Assembly: GCA_041891055.1 (NCBI GenBank)
Contig: CP169074.1
Coordinates: forward strand, 256,001-320,000
Length of the DNA stretch: 64,000 nucleotides
Source of the DNA: Halorutilales archaeon Cl-col2-1
Lineage (GTDB): Archaea; Halobacteriota; Halobacteria; Halobacteriales; Afararchaeaceae
Reading direction: 5' to 3'
Both the position numbers and the translations under genes were made by a program. A model generated the notes under the pieces. The model ran no database searches. It saw only the letters and a list, made by a program, of their open reading frames with translations, and was not told the origin of the DNA. Shown piece after piece: positions 8,879-19,517 of the stretch. Each line of letters starts with the position of its first letter. Within the stretch, counting starts at the first letter, position 1.

Positions 8879-9749
8879 TCTCGAACTCCTCCACGGCGTC
8901 TCTGACGACTTCGGCGTTTTCGTCGCTTATGTCGTCGAGAGGGAGACGTAGACCCGACCCCGAGTAGCCGAGGACTTCCATCGCCTTCTTGACGGGTATC
9001 GGATTTGTCTCGACGAACATCGCGTCGAATACGGGAAGAAGCTCGTGGTGTAGGTCGCGCGCCTCGTCGTAGTTGCCCTCGTCACACGCCGAGACGAGGT
9101 CACACATAGCCTCGGGGAAGATATTGGCGACTACACTTATGACGCCTGAGCCACCGACGCTCATGAGAGGTAGGGTCATGGCGTCGTCTCCCGAGACTAC
9201 CTCGAACTCCTCGTCGCGCGTCCTTCTACACAGCTCGCTGATCTGGTTTATGTCTCCGCTCGCCTCCTTGATCCCGACTATGCTGGGATGGTGGGCGAGC
9301 TCTGCGACGACGTCGGTGGAGATGTTCTGACCCGTCCTACTCGGGACGTTGTAGAGTATCAGAGGTATATCCGTCTCGTCGGCAACCGTCTCGTAATGCT
9401 TCGTCAGACCCGAGTCGTTGGGCTTGTTGTAGTAAGGTGAGATGAGGAGGGCGGCGTCGGCACCCGCTTCCTCGGCGTGTTTGGTGAGTTCGAGTGCCTC
9501 GTGGGTCGAGTTCGACCCTGTGCCCGCTATGACGGGCTTGTCGGCGACCTTGACTGCGGTCTCTACGACCTTCTTGTGTTCTTCGTGGGTGAGTGTCGCA
9601 CTCTCTCCCGTCGATCCACACGGAACTATCCCGTCAACCCCCGCGTCCTCAAGTCTCTTTATATGTGACTCGTAGGCGTCGTAGTCGACGTTCCCCTCGT
9701 CGTCGAAGGGTGTAACTATCGCGGGGAAGACTCCTCGTGTGACATCCAT
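8871..9749 (-). CDS. dapA: 4-hydroxy-tetrahydrodipicolinate synthase
   Basis: Motifs GSTGES, PYYNKP, LYNVPSRTG, GIKEASG and ETNPIPVK. Confidence 0.95.
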   Translation of the reverse strand: MDVTRGVFPAIVTPFDDEGNVDYDAYESHIKRLEDAGVDGIVPCGSTGESATLTHEEHKKVVETAVKVADKPVIAGTGSNSTHEALELTKHAEEAGADAALLISPYYNKPNDSGLTKHYETVADETDIPLILYNVPSRTGQNISTDVVAELAHHPSIVGIKEASGDINQISELCRRTRDEEFEVVSGDDAMTLPLMSVGGSGVISVVANIFPEAMCDLVSACDEGNYDEARDLHHELLPVFDAMFVETNPIPVKKAMEVLGYSGSGLRLPLDDISDENAEVVRDAVEEFEND

Positions 9750-9791
9750 GTCTGGTCTAAGGGCACGAGAGGTATAAGTTGGTTGTGGTGC

Positions 9792-10430
9792 TTACTTCTT
9801 CCTCAGGTACCACCACGCGAAGACGCCGAGTAGAACGACTACTCCCCCAGCGAAGAAGAGGACTCCCGGAGGAACCGTCTGTGACGCCTGCTGTGCTGTC
9901 TCAGCCCCCGCTTCTGTGGACTGTATTCCGAGCCCATCTCCTCCGGTGTCCTCCGTCCGTGGCGCAGGAGCCGAAGTCTGAGACTCGACTACCCACTGGA
10001 CACCGAGACTTACAGCGCCGAGTCCGAGTATGGCGGCGAATATACTTTTTAAGGCGTCCTTGATTCCCGATGTCGATGAGTCCTCCTCGCGCCCCACGAA
10101 GACTAAGAGTGGCTCCTCCGAGGGCGCGTATATACTCATCTCTCTGCCTTTCTCGGAGTACTTGGTGTCGGCGACACGGATCAGGTCGGCGTCCTCTAGC
10201 TTTCCGAGGTGGTAACGTGCGTTCTGCACCGTCGTGTCGGTCTCGGCGGCGATCTCCGACGGCGTAGATGGAGAGTCGTGTATCTCGGCGAGTATCTCAC
10301 GCGAGGTCTCCGACGAGAGTGCGTTTATGAGGGTGTCGGCGTCGTCACTGTCGACGCCCATGACACGCGGCTCTCCGTCCTGTTCTGACGACAGTTCGGT
10401 CTCAGACTCTGACCCGAATATGCTCGACAT
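9792..10430 (-). CDS. ArsR-type HTH regulator with C-terminal membrane anchors
   Basis: ALSSETSREIL...VQNARYHLGKL...YSEKGREM, followed by two hydrophobic segments. Confidence 0.8.
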   Translation of the reverse strand: MSSIFGSESETELSSEQDGEPRVMGVDSDDADTLINALSSETSREILAEIHDSPSTPSEIAAETDTTVQNARYHLGKLEDADLIRVADTKYSEKGREMSIYAPSEEPLLVFVGREEDSSTSGIKDALKSIFAAILGLGAVSLGVQWVVESQTSAPAPRTEDTGGDGLGIQSTEAGAETAQQASQTVPPGVLFFAGGVVVLLGVFAWWYLRKK

Positions 10431-10607
10431 AGGACTTGAATCTCTTCGAATATTACGGAGTCAATCTTAAGAGTTTTACCGTAGGCAGAACGAAATTCTA
10501 CTGGGAATGACTGTCATACATACTTCTACGGATCGGGTACGTGTGCCCGCGAGGATTACACACGCACACGGATGCAAGAACCAGACGGAGGCGGAGGTGG
10601 TTTCAAC

Positions 10608-13600
10608 ATGTCGTTGAACTCGGAGTTCGAGTCGTGTGGGCTCTACGACTCGTCACACGAACACGACAACTGCGGAGTTGGTGTCCTGATGAACCTCTCT
10701 GGCGAGAAGAGCCACGAGATAGTCGAGGACGCTCTCGAGATGCTCGAAAGCCTCGACCACAGAGGCGCGAGAGGCGCTGAGGAGAACACAGGGGACGGAT
10801 CGGGAATCCTGATACAGAAGCCCCACGGATTCTTCGAGTCGGAGGTCGAAGAGATCGAGGATCTTGGCTTCGACTCGTACGGCGTCGGACAGGTCTTCTT
10901 CCCCGACGACGAGGAGAAACAGCCCGAGCTACGTGATCTAATAGAAAACGCCGCCGAGGACGAGGGATTCGAGGTCTTCGCGTGGAGAAACGTACCGACC
11001 GACAACTCCGACCTCGGAGAGACTGCTTTAGAGTCGGAACCCGACGTCAAACAGTTCTTCGTACGTCCTCAGGAAGACGTCGACACGGACGAGATCGACT
11101 CGGGTCTCTACGTACTGAGACGTGTCATAGAGAACAGGGTCGAGGAGGAGAAACCTGCGGGCGAGGAACGTTTCTACATCTGCTCTCTCGACAGGAGAAA
11201 GGTCGTCTACAAGGGTCTTCTCACGAACGCCCAGGTCAGAAGCTACTACCGCGACCTATCCGACGGAGACGTGGTTTCAAGCCTCGCACTCGTCCACTCG
11301 CGTTTCTCGACCAACACGCTCGGAGCGTGGGAGCTCGCACACCCCTACCGTTCTATCGTACACAACGGCGAAATAAACACACTCAGGGGCAACTTCAACT
11401 GGATGAAGGCGCGCGAAGCCGACCTCGAGAGTCCGGCATTCGGCGACGACATAGACAAGCTCAAGCCCGTCACAGAGGAAGGACAGAGCGACACCGCGGT
11501 ACTCGACAATGTCCTCGAACTCCTCGTAGAGAGCGGGAGGTCGCTCCCCGAGAGCCTCAGGATGCTGATACCCGAGGCGTGGGACAAGGACGAGAGCATC
11601 GACGATGACAGAAAAGACTGGTATGACTACCACTCAAGCATAGTCGAGCCGTGGGACGGTCCCGCACTCGTCGCCTTCACCGACGGATACAGCGTGGGTG
11701 CGGTTCTCGACAGAAACGGTCTGAGACCGTGCAGGTACTACGTCACAGAGGACGACCGTCTCGTGATGGCGAGCGAAGCAGGTGTCCTCGACACTCCTCC
11801 CGAGGACGTAGAGGAGAAAGGCAGGCTCCAGCCCGGACAGATGTTCCTTGCGGATGCCGATGAGGGACGTATAATACCCGACGAAGAGGTCTTCGATGAC
11901 CTAACCGACGAGAAGTACTCCGACTGGCTCGATGAGAACCGCGTCAGCCTCGAGGGTCTTGTCGACGAGAAAGATCCCGTTCCAGAGTACGGTCTCGGAG
12001 AGTACGGCGACTACGACATATCGCGTTACCAGAGGACTTTCGGTTACAGCCTCGAACACGTTGAACGTCTGATACAGCCGATGGCTGAGGAAGGCAAAGA
12101 CCCCATAGGAGCTATGGGTAACGACACTCCGCCCTCAGTCCTCTCGGAGAGGAACAAGACGTTGTTCACCTACTTCAAACAGCTCTTCGCTCAGGTCACT
12201 AACCCGCCCCTCGATTACATACGTGAGGAGACTGTCACATCGCTGCGTAGTAACATAGGTCGGCAGAACAACATCTTAGGAGAGACTCCCGAACACTGCC
12301 GTCAGCTCACACTCGACTCTCCGGTTCTGAGGAACGAGGAGCTTGAGGCTGTAAAGCGAATAAACCAGAACGGAATCAAGTCGTACGAGATAGATGTCAC
12401 CTACGAGAAGGGCAAAGACCTCAGGAAGGCTGTCGAGGAGGTCAGACACGAGGCTGTGAGAGCGATTACCGACGGATACGAGCTACTCGTCCTCTCTGAC
12501 AGGAAGACGAGCGAGGACAGGGTTCCGATACCGAGCCTCCTCGTCACAGGTGCGGTACACCACCATCTGATACGTGAGGGTCTCAGAACACGTGTCGGTC
12601 TCGTGCTTGAGACGGGACAGCCGTGTGGAGTCCAGCATTTCTGTACTCTGATAGGCTACGGTGCCGACGCAGTCAACCCCTACCTCGCCTACGACACGAT
12701 ACATGACCTGATACTCGACGGCGACATAGAGTTCGACCCCGACGAGGCGATAGACAAGTACGTTCACGCCGTTGAGGACGGTCTCCTCAAGGTGATGTCT
12801 AAGATGGGTATCTCGACCCTCGAAAGCTACAAGGGAGCCCAGATATTCGAGGCTATAGGTCTCGACTCGGAGTTCGTCGACGAGTACTTCGAGGGCACGA
12901 CAGCGAGAACAGAGGGAATCGGAATCGAGGATCTCGAAGAAGACCTACTCGAACGCCACGAACTCGGCTTCGGCGAGACGGTCGAGGGCAACTTAGAGCT
13001 CGAACAGGGAGGCGAGTTCTACTGGAGACGTGACGGCGAGTTCCACCAGTGGAACCCACAGACGATAGGAAAGCTCCAACACGCCGCACAGTCGGACGAC
13101 TACGAGACCTACAAGGAGTTCTCGTCGATAATCAACCAACAGGAGGAGAACCTCCAGACCCTACGCGGTCTCTTAGAGTTCGACACCGAGAACTCCGACT
13201 CGATACCCATAGAGGAGGTCGAGCCCGTCGAGGAGATCTGTAAGAGGTTCTTCTCGTCGTCGATGTCGTTCGGATCTCTGTCGAAGGAGGTTCACGAGAC
13301 GCTCGCGATAGCGATGAACCGGATAGGCGGAAAAGCAGGATCGGGTGAGGGAGGAGAGCCCGTCGAGAGGTTCAACACCGAGAAGGAGTGTAAGCTCAAG
13401 CAGGTTGCGAGCGGACGGTTCGGCGTGACATCGAACTACCTCAAGAACGCCGAGGGGATCGAGATTAAGATGGCTCAGGGATCGAAGCCCGGAGAGGGCG
13501 GACATCTCCCCGGCGGTAAGGTCAACGAGACGATAGCTGAGACGAGGTACACGACTCCGGGAGTCGACCTAATATCGCCGCCGCCCCACCACGACATCTA

Positions 13601-15161
13601 CTCGATAGAGGATCTCGCACAGCTCATACACGACCTCAAGTGCTCGAACACCGACGCCGATGTCCACGTCAAGCTCGTCTCCGAAGCGGGGATAGGAACC
13701 ATCGCCGCGGGAGTCTCGAAGGCGAAGGCTGATGCCCTCCTCATAAGCGGAGAGTCGGGAGGCACAGGAGCCTCGCCGAAGACGAGTATAAAGAGCGCGG
13801 GACTACCCTGGGAGCTCGGCTTAGCTGAGGCGAACCAGGTTCTCCTCGCAAATGACCTGAGATCACGTATAAAGCTACGTGTCGACGGAGGAATGAAGAC
13901 GGGACGTGACATAGCCGTCGCCGCGCTCTTAGGCGCGGAGGAGTACGGCTTCGGAACCGCTCCCCTCATCACGTGTGGCTGTGTGATGCTCAGGAAGTGC
14001 CACGCCAACACGTGTTCGGTCGGAGTTGCGACACAGGATCCTGACCTGCGTGACAGATTCCCCGGAAGACCCGAGTTCGTCGTCAACTACATGAGGTTCA
14101 TGGCTCAGGAGGTACGTGAGATAATGGCGGATCTCGGCTTCAAGACGATGGAGGAGATGATCGGAAGCGTCGACAAGCTCAAACACAACAACGACGTCGA
14201 GCATCCCAAGGCTCAGAAGGTCGACCTCTCACAGGTTCTCGAACTCCCTGAGTCGGAAGACGAGAAGACAAAGACGGTCGAACAGAACCACAAGATCGAC
14301 GAGAAGCTCGACAACGAGCTCATAGAGGAAGCAAAGCCCGCACTCGAAGACGGAGAGAGTGTCGAGATAGAGAGGAAGATCGAAAACAGGAACAGGACTC
14401 TCGGCACTATGCTGAGTGCCGAAGTCGCCGAGAGGTACGGAGACGACGGACTCCCCGACGACACCATAAAGCTAGACCTCGAAGGCTCGGCGGGACAGAG
14501 CCTCGGTGCGTTCCTCTCACACGGAATGACCATAGACCTCGATGGCGACGCCAACGACTACCTTGGAAAAGGTCTCTCAGGCGGAAAGATAATCGTACGT
14601 ACGCCCGACGAGGCAGAGTACGAGGCTGACGACAACATACTCATAGGAAACGTCGCACTCTACGGCGCGACGAGAGGAGAAGCCTACTTCAACGGAGTCG
14701 CGGGAGAGAGATTCGCCGTCAGAAACTCGGGAGTCAAGACAGTCGTCGAAGGAGTCGGAGACCACGGCTGTGAGTACATGACCGGCGGTATTGCGGTCAT
14801 ACTCGGCGAGACGGGCAAGAACTTCGGCGCAGGAATGAGCGGCGGAGAAGCCTACGTCCTCGACGAGTCGGGCGACTTCGAGTCGAAGGTCAACAAGGGA
14901 ATGGTACATATAGACGAGTTCGACGACAGAGACGAGCACATGGTCAAGCGCATGGTCGAGAACCACCACAGGTACACGGGGAGCGAGAAGGCACGCGAGA
15001 TACTCGACAACTGGGACGAGTACGTCGACTCCTTCGTCAAGGTGATGCCCGACCCCTATGCCGACGCGATAGAGGAGCGTCTCGAGGAGGGCGAAGACAT
15101 ACGTGTCTCGCCACCTCCGAAGCCTCCTCAGACAGCCGAGAGAGGACGAGGTGATGACTGA
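10608..15161 (+). CDS. gltB: Glutamate synthase large subunit
   Basis: HDNCGVG Ntn-amidotransferase start, HSRFSTNT, FMN domain QVASGRFG/GSKPGEGG, [3Fe-4S] CVMLRKCHANTC and GXGXG domain. GGAGGTGG precedes ATG 10608 (alternative start 10572). Confidence 0.96.
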   Translation: MSLNSEFESCGLYDSSHEHDNCGVGVLMNLSGEKSHEIVEDALEMLESLDHRGARGAEENTGDGSGILIQKPHGFFESEVEEIEDLGFDSYGVGQVFFPDDEEKQPELRDLIENAAEDEGFEVFAWRNVPTDNSDLGETALESEPDVKQFFVRPQEDVDTDEIDSGLYVLRRVIENRVEEEKPAGEERFYICSLDRRKVVYKGLLTNAQVRSYYRDLSDGDVVSSLALVHSRFSTNTLGAWELAHPYRSIVHNGEINTLRGNFNWMKAREADLESPAFGDDIDKLKPVTEEGQSDTAVLDNVLELLVESGRSLPESLRMLIPEAWDKDESIDDDRKDWYDYHSSIVEPWDGPALVAFTDGYSVGAVLDRNGLRPCRYYVTEDDRLVMASEAGVLDTPPEDVEEKGRLQPGQMFLADADEGRIIPDEEVFDDLTDEKYSDWLDENRVSLEGLVDEKDPVPEYGLGEYGDYDISRYQRTFGYSLEHVERLIQPMAEEGKDPIGAMGNDTPPSVLSERNKTLFTYFKQLFAQVTNPPLDYIREETVTSLRSNIGRQNNILGETPEHCRQLTLDSPVLRNEELEAVKRINQNGIKSYEIDVTYEKGKDLRKAVEEVRHEAVRAITDGYELLVLSDRKTSEDRVPIPSLLVTGAVHHHLIREGLRTRVGLVLETGQPCGVQHFCTLIGYGADAVNPYLAYDTIHDLILDGDIEFDPDEAIDKYVHAVEDGLLKVMSKMGISTLESYKGAQIFEAIGLDSEFVDEYFEGTTARTEGIGIEDLEEDLLERHELGFGETVEGNLELEQGGEFYWRRDGEFHQWNPQTIGKLQHAAQSDDYETYKEFSSIINQQEENLQTLRGLLEFDTENSDSIPIEEVEPVEEICKRFFSSSMSFGSLSKEVHETLAIAMNRIGGKAGSGEGGEPVERFNTEKECKLKQVASGRFGVTSNYLKNAEGIEIKMAQGSKPGEGGHLPGGKVNETIAETRYTTPGVDLISPPPHHDIYSIEDLAQLIHDLKCSNTDADVHVKLVSEAGIGTIAAGVSKAKADALLISGESGGTGASPKTSIKSAGLPWELGLAEANQVLLANDLRSRIKLRVDGGMKTGRDIAVAALLGAEEYGFGTAPLITCGCVMLRKCHANTCSVGVATQDPDLRDRFPGRPEFVVNYMRFMAQEVREIMADLGFKTMEEMIGSVDKLKHNNDVEHPKAQKVDLSQVLELPESEDEKTKTVEQNHKIDEKLDNELIEEAKPALEDGESVEIERKIENRNRTLGTMLSAEVAERYGDDGLPDDTIKLDLEGSAGQSLGAFLSHGMTIDLDGDANDYLGKGLSGGKIIVRTPDEAEYEADDNILIGNVALYGATRGEAYFNGVAGERFAVRNSGVKTVVEGVGDHGCEYMTGGIAVILGETGKNFGAGMSGGEAYVLDESGDFESKVNKGMVHIDEFDDRDEHMVKRMVENHHRYTGSEKAREILDNWDEYVDSFVKVMPDPYADAIEERLEEGEDIRVSPPPKPPQTAERGRGDD

Positions 15162-16642
15162 TGACTGAAAGACATCCGGATGGATACCAGAGACACAGCC
15201 GGAAGCCGATAGGCAAACGCGACTCCGAAGAGAGAAAAGACGACTACGACGAGGTCTGGGACACCGACTGGGACGAGGACGAGTTGGACGACCAGGGTGA
15301 GAGATGTATGGACTGTGGAGTCCCGACGTGTATGGGAGGCTGTCCCCTCGGGAACATAATCCCCGACTGGAACGACCTCGTGTACAGAGACGACTGGGAG
15401 GAGGCTCTCGAAAGGCTCCACGCCACCAACAACTTCCCCGAGTTCACGGGATACGTCTGTCCCGCGCCGTGTGAGGACGCGTGTACGCTCGCTTACAACG
15501 ACGACGCTGTCACGATAAAGAGCATAGAGCGTGCGATCTCCGACAAGGGCTGGGAGGAAGGCTGGATAGAGCCGAAGCCACCCGAGAAACGCACCGACTA
15601 CGAGGTTGCGGTAGTCGGAAGCGGACCCGCGGGACTCGCCGCCGCACAGCAGTTAAACAGGGCGGGACACAACGTCACCGTCTTTGAGAGAGACGACGAG
15701 ATAGGCGGTCTGATGACCTACGGAATTCCCGACTTTAAGTTCGACAAGGACAGGGTCGCGAGACGTGTCGACCAGCTAAGAGAGGAGGGCATAGAGCTCA
15801 AGACGAACGCTGGTGTCGGAGAAGACGTCGAACCCGAGGAACTAGTCGAGGGATACGACGCATCGTGTATAGCCGTCGGAGCCCAGAAACACCGTGACAT
15901 AACACTACCCGGACGTGCCCTCGACGGCATCCATTTCGCTATGGATTTCCTCACCGACGAGAACAGGAGACAGGCGGGCAAGGAAGCCAAAAACGGCATA
16001 GACGCCGAGGGCAAAAACGTCGTCGTGATGGGTGGCGGAGACACGGGTGCCGACTGTGTAGCTACCGCCCACAGACAGGGAGCCGAACAGGTAGTCCAGA
16101 TAGGCATAAACAAGAAGCCGCCGAAGGAGAGACCCAAGGACAACCCCTGGCCCGAACAGAAGCTCACCTACAAGAAGACCTACGCACAGGAGGAAGACGG
16201 AGTCGAGGAGTTCAGCGTCAACACGACTGGATTCGTCGACGACGACGGAGACGGCGAGGTCGACTACCTCGAAGCCGAGAGGGTCGAGTGGGAGTACGAC
16301 GACGACGGAAACCGCGTCGACAAGGAGGTCATAGACCCCGACCTCGAAATTCCCGCCGACATCGTCCTGATAGCCATAGGATTCACGGGTCCCGACAGTA
16401 ACCCGTTCGACGAGATCGGCGTTGAGATAGGCGATGATGGAACCTTCAAGACGGACGACTCGATGATGACGACCGCCGACGGCGTCTTCGCCGCCGGAGA
16501 CGCCAACATGGGAGCCTCGCTCGTCGTCTGGGCGATAGCCGACGGCAGGGACGCCGCGAGGGAGATAGACGAGTACCTCACCGGAGACACGAATCTGCCC
16601 GAGAGCCTCAGGACGCAGAACGAGCCTCTCAACCGGATGTAG
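15161..16642 (+). CDS. gltD: Glutamate synthase small (NAD(P)H-dependent) subunit
   Basis: RCMDCGVPTC..GCP, TNNFPEFTGYVCPAPCE, VGSGPAG, MGGGDTGADC and SLVVWAIADGR. Coupled to gltB by TGATG. Confidence 0.93.
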   Translation: MTERHPDGYQRHSRKPIGKRDSEERKDDYDEVWDTDWDEDELDDQGERCMDCGVPTCMGGCPLGNIIPDWNDLVYRDDWEEALERLHATNNFPEFTGYVCPAPCEDACTLAYNDDAVTIKSIERAISDKGWEEGWIEPKPPEKRTDYEVAVVGSGPAGLAAAQQLNRAGHNVTVFERDDEIGGLMTYGIPDFKFDKDRVARRVDQLREEGIELKTNAGVGEDVEPEELVEGYDASCIAVGAQKHRDITLPGRALDGIHFAMDFLTDENRRQAGKEAKNGIDAEGKNVVVMGGGDTGADCVATAHRQGAEQVVQIGINKKPPKERPKDNPWPEQKLTYKKTYAQEEDGVEEFSVNTTGFVDDDGDGEVDYLEAERVEWEYDDDGNRVDKEVIDPDLEIPADIVLIAIGFTGPDSNPFDEIGVEIGDDGTFKTDDSMMTTADGVFAAGDANMGASLVVWAIADGRDAAREIDEYLTGDTNLPESLRTQNEPLNRM

Positions 16643-16658
16643 CTAACTAAGTCTGTTC

Positions 16659-17141
16659 TTATTCGTCTTCGCCACTTGTTGCGTCTTTTTCAAGTCTAAC
16701 TACCCTTATGCCGTCTTTCTGCTTGTCTCTCACCTTCTCGAAGCCCTTCGACTCGAAGAACCCGACCGAGTTGAGAGGTGCTTCGGCTGTGATGGAGCCG
16801 TCGTCGTCAGCTATCTCCTCGAACCTCTCAAGTACACGGCTCGCACAGCCGCAGTTCGAGTGGTTGGGCGAGGTGTAGAGACCCTCAACTCGAGTTTGGG
16901 TCTCCGAAGATTCGGCAAGCACGCCGAAACAGACGGGCGTGAGGTCGGTCTCGGCGACTAAGACTACCGAAGACTCTGACTCTATCCTGTCACGAAGCGA
17001 GTCGGAGTCGTGTTCGATCAGGCGTGAGAAGACCGACCTGTCGTACTCGTCGACACGGCTGAATCCTCTTTCGAGAGACTGCTGTCGTATTATCTCAAGA
17101 CTGGGGACGTCAGAAAGTTCGGCTTCACGTAGCTCTAGCAT
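16659..17141 (-). CDS. GNAT family N-acetyltransferase
   Basis: LREAELSD start, LYTSPNHSNCGCASRVL motif A, and NSVGFFESKGF. Confidence 0.7.
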   Translation of the reverse strand: MLELREAELSDVPSLEIIRQQSLERGFSRVDEYDRSVFSRLIEHDSDSLRDRIESESSVVLVAETDLTPVCFGVLAESSETQTRVEGLYTSPNHSNCGCASRVLERFEEIADDDGSITAEAPLNSVGFFESKGFEKVRDKQKDGIRVVRLEKDATSGEDE

Positions 17142-17316
17142 TGCCGTATATTCGAGACGCCGAGAATTATGCGTAACGGAGACAACCGGAGACCGGTGAC
17201 GTTCATCTCACACCTAAGTGGACTTTCGCCTGTGTCGTATAAGAAGACACATCACCGTTATTACCACTCGGTAACATCCGACAGTCTTAAGCCATCCCGG
17301 AGACATCTAAGACTGT

Positions 17317-18336
17317 ATGTCAAGTCTTCTCACAGACGACTTCGGTCGTGAGGTCACCGACATACGTATATCACTCACCGACCGATGTAACTTCGACTGT
17401 TTCTACTGCCACAACGAGGGGTTGGGGGACACGAGGGGTCCTAGAGAGCCACAGGAGAACGAGATGTCGACCGCCGAGGTTCTACGTATAGCACGTGTCG
17501 CACACGAGTTCGGGATACGCAACTTCAAGATAACGGGTGGGGAGCCGATGCTCAGAGACGACTTGGAGGAGATCGTCGGCGGTATAGCCGACCTCGAAGG
17601 AACCGAGGTCAGTATGACGACGAACGGTACGTTTCTCGCGGGTCGCGCTGAGGGACTCGCCGAGAGAGGTCTCGAACGCATAAACGTCTCTATGGACACC
17701 AACGACCCCGAGGAGTTCAGAGACGTCACCAAGGGAGGAATAGAGAGGGTCTACGACGGAATAGACGCCGCTCTTGACGCGGGTCTCGCACCCGTGAAGC
17801 TCAACATGGTGATGGCGAAGCCGATGCGTCCGTACCTCGACGACATGATAGAGTACGTCACCGACAACGACGGTCTGCGTCTCCAGATAATCGAGTACAT
17901 GCCCGAGATAGCCGGAATGCCCGAATTCCACGTCGAGATAGACGAGATCAAGTCCCTCCTCGCACGGAGAGCCGACGGAGTCACGACGCGCGAGATACAC
18001 AACAGATCACGGTACGAGATAGACGGAACAGTCGTCGAGGTCGTCGATCCCGTCGAGAACCCCGAGTTCTGCGCCAACTGCCACCGTATACGTGTCACAC
18101 ACTCGGGCGGTCTCAAGGGCTGTCTCAACAGGAACGACGATGTTGTCTCGACCCTTGGAGCTACCGACGACGAGCTCAGAGATAAGTTCAGAAAGGTCGT
18201 CGCCGACCGTGTCCCCTACTACGGCGAGTACATGGTAAAAGACGACGACGGAAACTGGGTCAAGAACCCCGAGTACGAGGATGATGACGCCGAGGCTGAC
18301 ACCGACGACATACTTAAGCTTCCGGTCATAAACTAA
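17317..18336 (+). CDS. moaA: GTP 3',8-cyclase (molybdenum cofactor biosynthesis)
   Basis: RISLTDRCNFDCFYCH radical SAM motif, TGGEP, and the C-terminal FCANCHRIR...KGCL cluster. Confidence 0.92.
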   Translation: MSSLLTDDFGREVTDIRISLTDRCNFDCFYCHNEGLGDTRGPREPQENEMSTAEVLRIARVAHEFGIRNFKITGGEPMLRDDLEEIVGGIADLEGTEVSMTTNGTFLAGRAEGLAERGLERINVSMDTNDPEEFRDVTKGGIERVYDGIDAALDAGLAPVKLNMVMAKPMRPYLDDMIEYVTDNDGLRLQIIEYMPEIAGMPEFHVEIDEIKSLLARRADGVTTREIHNRSRYEIDGTVVEVVDPVENPEFCANCHRIRVTHSGGLKGCLNRNDDVVSTLGATDDELRDKFRKVVADRVPYYGEYMVKDDDGNWVKNPEYEDDDAEADTDDILKLPVIN

Positions 18337-18340
18337 CTCT

Positions 18341-18901
18341 ATGCGACTCTTCGTGTCAGTCGACCTTCCCGAGAAGCTTGAGGATGCCCTCAGAGATCTT
18401 CAGTCTGATCTCAGAGAGACGGGAGCCGACCTCAGCTTCGTCGATCCAGAGAAGGCACATATCACGATGAAGTTTCTTGGAGACACTGACCCAGACAGGC
18501 TCGACGAAATCAGGCAAATACTCGACGACGCGACCGAGGGATTCTCGTCCTTCGAGGCGACTGTCGAGGGTACCGGCGTCTTCCCGAGCCGTGACTTCAT
18601 AAAGGTAGTCTGGGCTGGTGTCTCGGAGGGGTCGGGGACTCTCACCCGTATACAAGACGAGATCGAGACGGGCTTTGTCTCGGCTGGCTTCGAGGAGGAA
18701 GACCATGATTTCACGCCACATATAACCCTCGCCAGGGTGCAGTCGGGGAAGTCGAAGAGCCAGATACAGTCCTTCGTCGACTCGACACAGGGACGTTCAC
18801 TCGGAAGATTCACAGTCGACTCGGTCAGCCTCACAAAGAGCGAGCTACGTCCTGAGGGTCCAGTCTACGAGACTCTCTACGAGGCGAGACTGGAGTCGTA
18901 G
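18341..18901 (+). CDS. thpR: RNA 2',3'-cyclic phosphodiesterase (2H family)
   Basis: MRLFV start and two HxT motifs (HITMKFLG, PHITLAR). Confidence 0.9.
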   Translation: MRLFVSVDLPEKLEDALRDLQSDLRETGADLSFVDPEKAHITMKFLGDTDPDRLDEIRQILDDATEGFSSFEATVEGTGVFPSRDFIKVVWAGVSEGSGTLTRIQDEIETGFVSAGFEEEDHDFTPHITLARVQSGKSKSQIQSFVDSTQGRSLGRFTVDSVSLTKSELRPEGPVYETLYEARLES

Positions 18902-18971
18902 ACGGAGTAGCTTTTTTCGGCATCTGAAAAGAGTAGCAGACTTTATATGATTCTAGAGACACTCAACTCAT

Positions 18972-19517
18972 ATGAGCAGTGAAACCAAAGCCCGTCAGGG
19001 GATACTCCCTGGCTGGCTCAGAGCGAGAGTCCCGTTCCGTTACTTCATGGGTGTAACCCTCGTAGGAACCTATATACTCATGGTTCTGGGTTCGTACGTC
19101 AAGGCGATAGGCGCGGGGCTCTCGTGCCCCGACTGGCCCACGTGTTACGGGACGTGGATTCCGTTCCTCGACCCGACTATAATAAGTAACTCGCCCTACT
19201 CCGCCTTACAGATATTCGCAGAGTGGGCACACAGAGGGCTCGCCATGGTAATGGGGTTCATGATAATAGGTGCGGCTATCGGGGCGTGGAGGCTCGGATA
19301 CGGACGCACAGCCGTACGGGCTTCGGCAGTCGCGGTACTTCTACTGCCTTTCCAGATAATACTTGGGGGACTCACAGTCACCGAGGATCTCGAACCGTTA
19401 ATAGTCACGGCACATCTCGGTACAGCTACTATAATACTCCTCGGTCTGACTGTGGCTACGGTACTGGTGTGGAAAAATGAGACTCAAGCCAACAACACAG
19501 AAAGACGGACGGCTTAG
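18972..19517 (+). CDS. ctaA: Short heme A synthase (COX15/CtaA family)
   Basis: Motifs AGLSCPDWPTCYG, EWAHR, QIILGGLTV and TAHLGTA. Confidence 0.85.
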   Translation: MSSETKARQGILPGWLRARVPFRYFMGVTLVGTYILMVLGSYVKAIGAGLSCPDWPTCYGTWIPFLDPTIISNSPYSALQIFAEWAHRGLAMVMGFMIIGAAIGAWRLGYGRTAVRASAVAVLLLPFQIILGGLTVTEDLEPLIVTAHLGTATIILLGLTVATVLVWKNETQANNTERRTA

